DNA from: Veleropilina oligotropha
Lineage: Eukaryota
Length of the DNA stretch: 64,000 bases
Direction of reading: 5' to 3'
NCBI GenBank assembly: GCA_048128005.1
Contig: JBEUKZ010000112.1
Span: 558,001-622,000, forward strand
This document shows positions 25,428 to 38,800 of this stretch, piece after piece (within the stretch, counting starts at the first letter, position 1; each line of letters opens with the position of its first letter). The translations under genes and the position numbers were made by a program. A model generated the notes under the pieces. The model was not told the DNA's origin. It saw only the letters and a program-made list of their open reading frames with translations, and searched no databases.

Positions 25428-25996
25428 ATCTACGGATGGTCCTGGAGCACGGACCGTGGCAATCCGTGAAGAACCTTGGTCAGTCCGTAACAAGACCTTA
25501 GTGATACCTTGACGATCCGTGGTGATCGGCGATGGTCCGCATGGTCTTCCCGGAGGTTTTGAACTGTACTTAGAACTCTCTGGTACCGTAGTGAATTCGT
25601 AGTAGCAACGGGTTGGCCGTAGTGCTTCCGTGTCGATCTGGGATTGCTTTTAGAACAGGGCGACAATATTATACGGTTTGTCTCGGTGATAGTACGGCAT
25701 CAGCACGGAGATCCCAGATCTAATACGGCGACAACACCGTAGTGCGTCAGTAGCGCTGCCGGGTCGACCGGGACGAGTCTTGGCTATCCGTAGCGACACC
25801 GGATATATTGCGGACATGCTACAATCTATTCCGGACCACCGTAGCCATATCTGGGCTATCCATAGTTTCACTGTAGTAAACGCGTACTGGCACCGTGTTC
25901 CTTGCAAAATAGTAGATCAGCTTCCCGGGCGGCCCCGGAAATGAACCCTGGGGGCATCCGTATTTCATCATAGATATACTATGTAACTGGGGCTTT
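25428..25996. mobile_element. One-ended DNA transposon fragment rich in CCGT/ACGG motifs
   Basis: Dense ccgtag/ccgtg subterminal-type repeats ending at tgtaactggggcttta; no partner TIR seen. Confidence 0.45.
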
Positions 25997-27290
25997 ACAT
26001 CTCAAAATATGACTCCAGTGAAAACATCCATCTATCTAAGCAGATTCTATCCATTGCAGTCCGTACCGGTGACGACGTTGCTAACAAAATTGCCATTTCA
26101 ACTGCAACCTTATGTGAAGGAACACAGGGGTATTACTCATCGGCACAACTAAAGATATTCGCGCCATCATCCGTACACTCTGATGTGCTTGAAGCCCAAA
26201 GAAATGTTTAAAGACTCGTTGAATAATGAGTTACGAGTGTTTCAGCACAACTTATGGAAATGGTGTCACACCGAATGAAAGACAATCCAAGCAACCGCAG
26301 TGATCAGCTGTATACAAGCAATTAAATGACGAGCTAAAATCTTCTATTTGATACGTGACAGATGAATTGAACTCCATTTGTGATGACCATATAACAACAC
26401 GGGGTGACAATTGCTTGCATGCGATCAAAGACGATTCTGGAACATTACAAGAGACATGCCTGGTGTTAGAGTGGCAAGCTGATTTACACTAATGACTGCG
26501 CCAGATGAACATAATTATGAACATTCTGAAAATCGTTCCTTTTGGTGGAGAATCCGTCGTGTCTCGTCGACTGTAAGATGGATCTTGTTAGTACCCGGGA
26601 CTCGATACGCTCGAATATACCATCTTGGATGAAGTACTGGATCTTCCCCATTTTGACAATCACACACTTGTGAATCACGTTTACTTGTATTTATCAATGT
26701 CAATACTAATTAAGCCTCATCGAGACAGAGCAGTGCTCGGCCATCTGCAGCATGATGCAATCGAAACACTCCCGCGCTTCAAGAGAAATGGAAAAGATTT
26801 CCATGCTTGATTATTCCAAGGAGTATTCTAGCACGAGGAGACGTGTACCATTCATGGACAGAGTGGACACACAAGATTTTGACTTGTGGCGTACTAATTA
26901 TCTTGCTGAGATGTTGATTGATAATGACATATCCAGTAACTGACCCTCCATCAGTTGTATGGGGGTTTTCACCAGATCATCAGTGTCATTAACAACTGTG
27001 TTCTTCACGAGTGCTGCTCCAACTGTGGTGATTGTGTTGATCAGAGGGTCGGTTCCGGTTCCGTTGTTTGAAGACGCAGCTGACAGTACATCCAGGAGTG
27101 CGAGGTCCATATCGCTCGTGTTGGATTGGTCTTTTTTTTCATGGATGGCTAAGATGGCTGTTTGTCGGCGTGGTGAGTCGGACAGATCCACTGTCAGTAT
27201 GTTATAGTTTTTCGTGTGGTTGATCATTGCTACATTTTTGAGCTGAAGTCAAAAGTGAAATATGTTTCAAAAGGACAGTAGAATATACAA

Positions 27291-27370
27291 TTAACCCTTT
27301 GGGCTCTAGTGGAAGCAAATGCTGCCCAATTCTCATTGAGTTACTAAATACACAGCAGGCAAAGAGTTAA
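27291..27370. mobile_element. ~75-bp TTAA-flanked mini-MITE (piggyBac-type); inverted copy at 38479-38557
   Basis: ttaaccctttg...caaagagttaa; the two copies align along their whole length. Confidence 0.75.
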
Positions 27371-28745
27371 GGGATAATACATAACCCTTAATTTGTATTA
27401 CCTACTGTCCTTTTGCTCGATTCCAGGAAGACGATGTTCACTAAAATAAGACCACACCAGAGGGTCAGTCCCTCTGTTTGGATCGAACTGGAGACTAGTC
27501 TCACTCTCGTCCAGTATCAAATAGTATGTCGCTTTGAGATGACCCCAGGCTGTCGCTCCGTGGGAATGGCAGAGGCCATAGATGAAATTTTATAAACGGT
27601 GATTTTGTTGCAATGAACTTATAATTTTCACAGATGTTGCATTGATCAATCTTGTTTAGTTCAATGCAATGATTGTAATGCATGTTTCATGCCTCTGAGT
27701 ACTTCCACGCCATCTGATGAGTGAGTTACGTTGGTGACCCCCATTTATAATAAGATCATCATATGATTTATTATGTTGTTTATTACTATCATGTTGTGTA
27801 TTACCATCGACTAATACTGCTGGGGCATTTAGCAACATCGCTCTCGACCCTTCATATTTAGGTTAGAATAATGTAAAGATACCAATTTTAGAAAAGATCA
27901 GGCTGAATATCATACAGCTTCTCACCATAAATGATAACACACATGTGTGAGATATATGACAACATTTTATATACAGACTCTCATCAAAATATCCATGTCA
28001 AGAGAAAAAAAAAAATTTCTTTGCCAGTAATGACAATGATGCAAGCTTTACTACTGTATTACTCTACACTAAATAATACACAAGCGAAACAAATGGATTT
28101 TCCATGTTTATTGAGTAGGTAATTGTTGTGACAACATAATTACCATTCTTCCTATTACTTATTATTTTACAATAATGTAATTCTATGTACAGAAAACGTT
28201 ACAATAACTATATTTCACATGACAACAATTCACATCAATCAGTACCCATTCTGTATTGCACAAGAGAACAATGAAAATGATTAGACCCTATCGTATGTGA
28301 AATCGGGCATGCCATTACAATATTTTTATTAATTATCCATTGAAATTTCAAAATCCAGGTTATCAGTATCATATTGTTTCTGAAAATATCATGTATAACT
28401 ATAAAGTCTAATCGTTTTGGTGACGAAACCTACACTGAAAGATGATTGCTTCGATCAGGGATGAAGATCTGGAGTTCAGGTAAACATGACCGAATAAAAA
28501 GTGTGAATGTGCAAGTGTGAACCATAATAACATTAGATTTTTTCTTTATTAAACATACATACCAACATACATGCTGTACACAGCAAGGTCTCATGGTGGC
28601 ACGAGTTATGTCAACGTATCGTCAATGTATACTTTGGATGATTATCCTGCTACATTGCAGTGTTTTTATAACGCCCACTTTAACAGTTTTCTTGTCAATT
28701 TCCAGATGGCACTCCAGATTTATGGTCGGTGTCTGATCAGCCGAA

Positions 28746-28960
28746 GGGACCATAGCTTAGTAGTTATGATGTTGGACAGCGACGCTAGATATCTGAGATC
28801 GATTCCCAGTAGTGCCAAGAATTTGTCACAGGTATACCTCATCTACATTGCACACAGTATCCATCTGTCGGATGGAACGTTAAGCCGGTGACCCAAACTA
28901 CAGATACGACTGAAATAATGTTAAAATGTTGTCGTAAAACTAAAATGGTTCAAATCAAAT
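28746..28960 (+). mobile_element. tRNA-derived SINE
   Basis: A box tagcttagtag, B box gatcgattccc, core ggatggaacgttaagccg. Tail cagatacgactgaaa..tgttaaaatgt..gtaaaactaaa is shared with 290-345. Confidence 0.65.
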
Positions 28961-29793
28961 ATGATCAGAGGGACACCTATTATTTTAGGCAGTAGAATGA
29001 AACATTGGCGAGTCTTGAATGTATGGACAAACACGACTGATAATCCAATTTATGGCTAAATCGGAATATGAACCAGGGATGGATGGATGGATTGATGCTT
29101 AATTTCCTGTATATTTACAAGGTTCAACGCAGGACATGTTCATATTATCGCAAGAGGTAAACCTGAACACCCGGGAAAACCCTCCCTCGCTGGTCAGTTA
29201 CGGACAACTGTGATTGATAACTAAACAAAGATTAAAAAGGCAGGTGCCCCGACCGACCAGGGACTCCAAAACAAGTGCAATTACTGGTGGGAGTTCACCA
29301 TCTACAATCAGACTAGATGATAAGGTTTTATAAACTGAATTGTAGCTATATATCTGCATTATCAACAGTTGGTCATATGCAGACAAATCCAAGACTCTCT
29401 ATTTGAAGACATCAACCTCAAACACTCACATTGTGAAAGGATTTGTGTAAATAAACTTACATACATTTATGTCACGTATAGCAACATACCAGAAACAAAG
29501 CAAAAATTAAATCAAGAAGTAATTCAGTGCACATATTTAATGTTTTTCTACAAACAATTGGATCTTTCAATCACTCTCACTTGATACCATTCAACTTTTC
29601 TTTTAATGCTGAAAAATGCTTGAATTTCAATCATGTTAGAATAGCTGTTCAGCGAAAGCCAGTAAAAATAGACCCCAGATTAGGGTGCACTCTGCAGATC
29701 CAGGATTAAATATGACTTCAAAGTCTCACATCTCTTGTTCCTGGACTTCACCTTTCATATTTCACTATAAGGTCATAACCATTGCATCATGCA

Positions 29794-29838
29794 TCATAAG
29801 GCTTCTAGGTCAACGTGTCTTAATTCTGGAAAGCGTGT
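29794..29838 (-). CDS. SLC30A9: SLC30A9 last coding exon (TRFPELRHVDLEAL-stop)
   Basis: TTTTCAG acceptor; TGA at 29796-29794. Confidence 0.93.
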   Translation of the reverse strand, partial: TRFPELRHVDLEAL

Positions 29839-32800
29839 CTGAAAATAACGAAAACATATAGTAATGTCTAACATATATATTGCGGTTCGGCCAGATTGAT
29901 TGTGCTTAAATTTAGATTTCATAGTATGCTAGATAGATTAATAATAATAGAATACTGACTTGACATAAACGTGTTATGTGTTATTTTTTGCAAGCCAAAT
30001 TAACAGGTTCTTAGTATGAACATCGAAGGAGCAGTGACAACCACTGAAGGTACGTGTCGTCATTTGGATAATGAAATCTCACCTTCAATATTTTTTCAAT
30101 GCGATCGACTTCCTCTCCTAGCATGTCGATAATCCTCTCTCCATGAGTCAGGAGAAACATCTCAGCATCTTCTTGGTTTTTCAAAGACTGCATTTCCTGA
30201 TAGTAGAGAGTTTATTTACGAATCAAACTTAAAGGAAATGATTTATGTTTGTGTTTTATTTGCATGCACAAAAAACAAGTATGAAATCTGTGAGTATGGA
30301 ATCAGTTTTAATGTAGAGAAATTTACCACAAATTCAAACCATTGTGAGTAATTGAAATATTATCTTTTTTGTGTTTAATAGATATATTGTAATACAGTAT
30401 AATTGAATTAGATAATTAGAGTAGCTTACGCATTTATTCGTAAATTACAGCAATTATCATGTAAACAGCAAAATATGACAAATGAGCTGGTATTTAATTT
30501 AATAATTTTACCAATGTTGCCGTTAAATGGCTATTGTAATCCTTACCTGTAAGAGGACTTCCAGGTCTTGTTTATAGAGATATGCTCGAGTAATCTCCCT
30601 GCCATCAAAATCTATTTCTGCCTTAAAGCGAACTTGCCCTCCCATATCCATCACCTTGACATCATGCAGAGACCTGAAACAAACAATAACAAAAGTAAAC
30701 CCTAATTTAGTAAAAATATTTAGTACATGTAGTACTTTCTCACTCCAAGACAAAAGTACAACTGTCATCCAGAGGATAACTAATACCCCCCTCCACACTC
30801 AAACGGCTGTATTCATAAACGTTACTCACTGGAGTGCCCACTCACACTCAAGCTAGATCAGCTGAAGAGCGGCTGGAGTGTGAGTGTGACTTCTCACTCG
30901 AAGTTGACCTCACACTCAGTGAGTGAAGCCTGAGTTCGTTTCATAAACGTCACTCGTCTCCTCCTCACTGGAGTTGCACCCAGTACGAGAAAAGTGGCCT
31001 AGCCTACTGGAGGGCCGCCGAGATAATCAATGCGGATTTGCTATGCTAATATGAACGGGCTAGATACAATAACCTATTCACGGGGTAAATGTAAAATAAT
31101 ACAAAAATGTTTATACATACAAGCACATAATACTGGTTTAAGCTCTACTAAAATGTGGGAAATCAAACTAAACTAGAGGAGTTGTTTTTGTGTAAATGTT
31201 TGTGTAAACAAAAACATATGTCTCCCCGTTTGAGAGAAATCATTCCACACTCAGACCTTCATGAAGTTCCAAAAGTCACAACCTATTGAAAATCAATAAG
31301 GGAACACAAAATGTTATCTTCCTGCACATGCTTTAAGTGTGAGCCATGCATCTACAAAGAAATTAGAAGGATGGATACGATTTGAAATCTTGAAGAACAA
31401 GCCCAGACACGATGCGGGAATCAAATTAAAGATCATTACGGCAAGGTGAAAGGTCATTTTTGCCGCCTTGCACAATGTCATGTAAGGGGTGAATAATATA
31501 TGAAAGAAAATCATGCTGGCAAATATGATCTTAGATATAGGCCGGACAAAGGCTGTGTTCTTTAAATTACTTTCTTACCTCTGTGGCCTTGACCTTTGAC
31601 CGAAAAACCAAACTTAAATTGTTATACAATGTACTCGCCCTCAGGAAAAACATTTGTGAAAAAAAGAGAAAACAATAAAATATAAAAATGTCCAAATATG
31701 GATTTTTTTATTAGGTCACATGCAGTGCCAGGGTGAATTTTTTTAGCACCCTGCACATGCCTGAAGTGTGGGCCCATGATGCATCTATACATAAATTAGA
31801 AGAATCAGATTTGAAATCTCCGAGAAACAGTCCGGACACGATTTGCGGGTGAAAGGTCATTACAGCAAGGTCAAAGGTCATTTTTGGAAAATTTCACAGC
31901 CTTGCGCAATGGCACGTTAAGGGAGGGGGGTAGCAAACCAAAGGAAATCATGCTGGCGTGTACAGGATCTGAGATCTTATCCAGACAAGGTGTGTGTCAG
32001 GAAAGTACACTTTGACCTCTGTGACCTTGACCTTTGACCGAACAACAAAATTAAACATTGTTATTTTATGTACTCACCCTAGGAAAAAAATCTGGTGCCA
32101 AAAAATAAAGAAAACAGTAAAATATTAAAATGGACATATATGGAAATTTTTCATCAAGGTCACAGTGCCAATTAAGGTGCAAAATTTTAACTGACTGCAC
32201 ATGCTTGAAGTGTGGGCCATGCATCTACAAAGAAATTAGAAGGATTAGATTTGACATCTCCGAGAACCAGGCTTGACACGATTTCGGGGTCAAAGGTCAT
32301 TAGGTCAAAGTCGAAGGTAGTTTTTGCAACATTTTGCCAAAGAAGCACAATGGCATGCTAGGACAGTTTACCATATCAAAGGAAATAATGCTGGCAAGTA
32401 TAGGACCTGAGATCTAGCCCGGACACGAAAAGTGAGGAAGAAGTAGGCGAAGGAGAATGAGAATGAAACGGAGAATGAGAAGGAGAACGGAGTGTAAAAT
32501 AATACATGTATGTCTCTCTTCGGGTTGGGAGACATAATAAACTAGCGAAACCTCGACCCAGCAAGTCGAGGGGATGTATCCCCTCCCACGGTAGCATAAA
32601 TCAATAGGCACCGTGACCGCATCATAACAAACATGTATACCAAATTTGAATCAAATCGGATTAGAACTATTCACTGTAGATCGCACACAAGAAATATCTT
32701 AAAATAAAATGGCCGCCGCGATGGCCATCTTGGATCCAAAAACAAAAGGAAATCATTAGGCGGCGTGTCCTCATCATAACTAACATGCATATAAAATTTG

Positions 32801-35800
32801 AATCAAATCGGAAATAACTTTTCACCGTAGAGCACGCACAAGAAATCTCTTCAAATAAAATGGCCGCTTTGCCGGCCATCTTGGATCAGAAAACGACGAA
32901 AATCGTTACATGGTGTGTCCTCATCATAACTAACATGCATACTAAACTTGATTCAAATCGGATAAGAACTTTTCACTATAGAGTGCGCACAAGAAATAGC
33001 GTCAAACAAAATGGCCACCATGGCGGCCATCTTGTAACAGAAAACGACGAAAATTTTTAGGTGGCATGTATTCATTATAACGAACACGCATACCAAATAT
33101 GAATCAAATCGGATGATAACTTTTCACTGTAGAGCGCACACAGGAAATCTCTCCAAACAAAATGGCCACCACGGCGGCCATCTTGGATCCGAAAACGACG
33201 AAAATCGTTAGGTGGTGTGTCCTCATCATAACTGACATGCATACCGGATCAGAATCTTTCACTGTACATAGAGTGCACACAAGAAATCTCGGCGGCGGCG
33301 GCGGCTGAACGATGACTAAACCATACTACCCCCGAAATGTTAAATTTCGGTGATACAATAATATCTATTCATTCATACATGTTTATTTTTAATTCAGATG
33401 TATGTATCCTTTCAATACTTCATTATGAATCGGCACAATGAAGATATGAATGGAACAAAACTAGTAATATTTAGTGAAGTCACATTACACTTATGTGAAA
33501 TGTGCTATCAAGGCTTGTCTCTTCCATCTTCGTAAATTTATTAACTTATATCACCGCACTTGACCTAATTATGGTTACTTGTGTCAATTTCGTTTCGTCA
33601 TCAGCAGTCTTAACTCCAATATGCAGTGATCACTGTCCAGTCGAATTAATATTGAAACATATAAAACCTTCAAGAGAAAATTATCATCGGATAATTTGGG
33701 ATTATCCAAAAATAAATGAAATAGTGTTAAAAGAAAAAATAAATTCTACAAATTGGGAAAACTTAATTTGTGACGAAAACCCAGATACTGCAGTAAATAT
33801 TTTCACATCCATACTAAATAATGCTTTAAGGGAAACTATTCCGAACAAAACTGTTCTAATTCGTCCTAATGATGTTCCTTGGATGACTGGTACAATTAGA
33901 CGGCTAATAGGTAAACGCAAACGCATCCATGCACGCGCAAAAGCGCACAACACAACGGAACATTGGGAAAATTTTAGGCGAGCGCGTAACACGACAATTA
34001 TGGAAATTCGTCGCGCAAAACACGCATACTATTCAACTTTAGAGCAGAAAATAAATGATCCTCATATGTTTGGAGAACAAAAATGGTGGAAGCTAATTAA
34101 AGATCTTCAAAACCAAGGTCATTCCTCGAATGTAGAAGCGATACCTTTAATACATGATGGAAATGTCGTGTACGATAAAATGGATAAGGCCAATTTATTT
34201 AATAACTTTTTTGCAGACCAAACCTTGATCGATGGTGACGACGATCCTTTACCGAACGTTACCAGACTTGAAAATTCTCTTTCGACGCTAGAATTAAATA
34301 GCCTAGATGTTCATGACGCGTTGTGTTCACTAAATCATAAAACGTCTTGTGGACCCGATAAAATTAATAATAAAATCTTAAAAATGTTATCAGATGAGTT
34401 AACTCTTCCACTATTACTAATTTTTAATAAATCGTTAGCCGTGTGTTGCTTCCCCAACCCTTGGAAGTGTGCAAATATTATACCAATTCATAAAAAGAAT
34501 GATAAAAACTCTTGCAACAATTACAGACCAATTTCTTTAATAAGTTCGATTGGAAAAGTTTTTGAGAAGTGCATTTTTAAATATATTTTCAATTTTCTTT
34601 TAGACAACAGTGTATTAACTAAGTACCAGTCCGGATTCTTGCCTGGCGACTCTTCTGTAAATCAACTAGTTGATATGTATAATTTTATAGTTAAGTCGTT
34701 GGATAATGGGAGAGACGTCAGAGCAGTTTTTTGCGATATATCCAAAGCGTTTGATAAAGTTTGGCATCGTGGTCTACTGCATAAGCTGGATGCTGTCGGC
34801 ATTCGGGGAAACCTATTAAAATGGTGCAAAAGCTATCTCAGCAAACGCACCCAACGTGTTATTCTAAATAACATAACTTCAGACGATAGAACAGTTATGG
34901 GAGGAGTACCACAAGGCTCTGTTTTAGGGCCGCTGATGTTCCTTGTGTACATAAACGACATTGTCGCCAACATAAAATCAAATATTAAGTTATTCGCTGA
35001 CGATACATCATTATATATTATAGTAGACGATAAAGAAACGAGCGCAACCTTTCTAAATAACGACCTTAAGGAAATTAGCAAATGGGCGGAAACGTGGAAA
35101 GTGAAGTTTTCTCCAGAGAAAACGGAATCTATGTTGTTTTCGTATAAAAGGGAACCTAATATTCATCCACCCCTAACATTCAATAATAACAAAATATCTG
35201 AAGTAGTGTCACATAAACACTTAGGATTAATATTTAAAAATTCAGCCGATTGGGAAATTCATATACGATACTTATTTGGGAAAATAAGCCCAATGATTAA
35301 TTGCTTGAGGAGTAATAAATATAAACTCTCTCGCAAAGCATTACTGACTTTGTATCAGTCATTTATTTTGCCAGTTTTTGATTATGCTGATGTGGTTTGG
35401 CATAATTGTAGTAAAGCTCAAGCAACCCTACTTGAGAATCAACAACTTGATGCATTGCGTACTATATGTGGAGCACCCCGGGGAACTAGCCACAATGTTC
35501 TTTATTCTGAAACTGGATTCATTCCACTTGAAGAACGACGTTCTAGACATAAGCTCATCTTATTTTATAAGATCGTTAATAATCTTTGTCCATCATATAT
35601 GAAGTCGCTCTTACCAGCCACTACTGAAAATCTAACGCCTTATGAACTTCGGAACTCACAAAACATACAATCGATAAGATGTAGAACTCAACGGTATGCT
35701 CAATCTTTCATTCCCTTAACTTTACTCGCCTGGAATAACCTACCTTTAGTAAGCAGAAATGCTGATTCACTAGTAAATTTTAAAAACTATTTGGCTAGAA

Positions 35801-38800
35801 ATGATAAAAAAGCTCCACCTTATTACTTCTGTGGCTCACGAAACTTGCAGATTATACATGCTCAGATAAGAATGGGCTGCAGCAACTTGAACTATCACAA
35901 ATTCCTGCGATTTATATCAAATGACGCGTCCTGTCGCTGTGGTCAAGCTGTTGAAGACCCAACACATTACTTATTAGCATGTGATTTGTACAATAATGAC
36001 AGAAACCTGCATCTTAATATATTACCAAACGATTATCTTGTTACCGAGACGCTTACTCACGGAAATGCAAATTTTAGTGTAGCCATAAATCAGATAATTT
36101 TCTCACAAGTTCTAAAATTTATTTCCTCAACAGGACGTTTTAATTAAATCGTTTTAATTAAATCGTTTCTCCTACTAGCACAAATGTCAGAGTCAGATAT
36201 CACAACTTCATACAATACAAATATCTCATATGACCTAGAATATATATGTCATCCTTATATCTATATGATTACCGCCTTAATATTGTTTTTGTACATATGT
36301 TTAGAGAGGCGTTGATATAGGCAGGATTGCCTGTTCGCCAATCTAATTGCATCGGCAATAAAATATTGTTTAAATCATCACCGCACATGGAATACCGCAT
36401 TTTTTCCAAAATTGCTTCTTTTCTGCTGCCGTTTGTTGAAAACAATAACGAATGGCAGTTTCTATCTTGCAATCGATCGTTACACTCTTATTATTATAAT
36501 TGTTGTAACATACCGCAAGAGTCTCCGCTTGCACATTAATATGACTCAGTTGTATCATGGGAACACAATGTTTTTAATAATGTATAACAGGATCCTTTAG
36601 ATTTTAAAAAAAATTGGTGGCTGTATATCTTCTTTAATCATCTCCAATATCTCATCTCTTTTTAAATTCTGTAACGGCATTTAAACTGTTAAAGGATTTG
36701 TGAACCAAAACTCCTAATATAGGCGAAATTTCACTATACAGCATATATTCCTATCATATTATTTGTTGTGTTAGTCTTTCACGAGTGTCAGTGTTTGTTG
36801 TAAGCTGACCTGGCGAAATCAATCAGCTCAAGTATAGTCATATTTTCAGGTCAGGGGTCGAATTTGACGTCACAATGGACAGGCCACTCGGAATCTTTTC
36901 AATTCGATGGCAACATCATTGTCCGCAAATTGGTTACTCAACAGGAACAATAGCATTAGGACTCGTGGGTCTAGTGTGTCGTCACCTAACAAGTGTTCGG
37001 GAAATTTTGGGGTGATTTGTTAAGGATCTTTTGTATCCATGCTTTGATAATCTAAATCATAGCGCTACTAATAAGAGAATAAATAAATATACGATAGCAT
37101 TATTATCAGCCAGAATATATTATGTGTTCACAACTCCTTTAATCGTTATAATCTTCTGCGTTAAATTATTGATTTTACCTCTATAATTTGCCAATATGCT
37201 AAATCCGTCATGAAATCCAGCTGATCAAGCCCCCAAAACGCCTTTATTTGATTGTGAGTGCAGCTCGAGGGAGGTACCTGTCACACTCGGAGATTATACC
37301 CAGTGACTGGTACTTGCTGGAGTGTGAGTGCAGCTCGAGGGAGGTACCTGTCACACTCGGAGATTACCCAGTGACTGGTACTTGCTGGAGTGTGAGTGCA
37401 GGTCGAGGGAGGTACCTGTCACACTCAGAGATTATACCCAGTGACTGGTACTTGCTGGAGTGTGAGTGCAGGTCAAGGGAGGTACCTGTCACACTCGGAG
37501 ATTACCCAGTGACTAGTACTTGCTGGAGTGTGAGTGTCATTTTAACTTTATGAAACAGAATTGACCTTTTCTCAGTGACTTTGAGCGCAGTGGGCATCAG
37601 GTCACATGCAGTTAGGGTGGGTGCGCACTCACCGAGTGTGAGTGACGTTTACAGCTGATAGTCCACTACAATACCAGATGGCCTAAATCAACAGACAGTA
37701 TTGAAAACCTAGCGATATTGGATTAAAAGGATGAATTGATAATTAATGATTATGTTAAGATTGTTTTCTATATAAATGGGTTGATCACCTTTGATTGATA
37801 AAATAAAGATACAAATTTACGCTCCACAAAATTGAGATGCAAGTGAAAATGGAAAGTCATGAAAATTGAACCAGACATCTCAGATTTTGTCGAACAACTA
37901 GTCACCCTTCATGATTAAACATGTAACATTAAACATTAAACGTACCTGATCATGTAACATTAAACATTAAACGTACCTGATCATGTAACATTAAACATTA
38001 AACGTACCGGATCATGCGGTCACGCTCCAACGTACCGGATCATTGGATCACGCTCCAACGTACCTGATCATGCGATCACGCTCCAACGTACCTGATCATG
38101 CGATCACGCTCCAACGTACCTGATCATGCGATCACGCTCCAACATACCTGATCATGCGATCACGCTCCAACGTACCTGATCATGCGATCACGCTCCAACG
38201 TACCTGATCATGCGATCACGCTCCAGTTCTTGAGTAATAAGCAGTCTTTGATGACGAGGAATGGATCTATAACAAGACAGCATAATTACAATATCTTTTA
38301 ATTATAATGCATAAATGAATAGGATGCCATAAATCTACAATCAAACATAATATTATGTTCAGTTATAATACGGCTATTGCTGTGTACACGCCTCAATTGA
38401 CTAAAATACAGCAGTACAGTACTGGTACTTTATGACCAAAGGAATCTGGTATGTATATTAATATCAAAATAAACAAAATTAACTCTTTGCCTGCTGTGTA
38501 TCCAATAATCAATGACATTTGGGCAGCACTTGCTGCCGACAGAGGCCAAAGAGTTAAATTAATCCGTATTGGTATAAATAATATCTTCCTTCATCAAGAA
38601 TTGAATGCAAAAGTTAATGCACAGGTCTGTAGCTAGAGTATTGATCGCAATGCTCAATATCAAATATCATATATATGAAGGACACTACAAACCTTCCGAC
38701 TAGAGCCTCTGTGTTGGTATAAATAATGAAGGTAGCTACAGCTCCAAGTACTCCACCAATGAGGATAGAACCTAGGGAGTCTGCGAAGGGGTTTCCTGTG

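Larger units (their letters stand above)
30804..37657. mobile_element. Probable TIR element with CACTC/GAGTG subterminal repeats, split by ~6 kb of nested insertions
   Basis: Left cggctgtattcataaacgttactcac vs right gtgagtgacgtttacagctg (inverted, with a 6-nt gap); same motif enrichment at 30820-30990 and 37250-37650; TSD unclear. Confidence 0.45.

Noticed and set aside
27402..27600. Coding exon spliced to the 27242 acceptor
   Set aside because: The longest frame meets a stop just after the junction, and the apparent donor lies within a palindromic repeat arm.
32376..33060. Short ORFs in repeat arrays (also 37248-37553, 40765-41987, 49433-51932, 54599-54835)
   Set aside because: They are translations of non-coding tandem or TIR repeats, with no domains or consistent splice structure.
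37253..38225. Regular short repeats resembling a CRISPR array
   Set aside because: Units are contiguous with no unique spacers, there are no cas genes, and the context is a eukaryotic intron.
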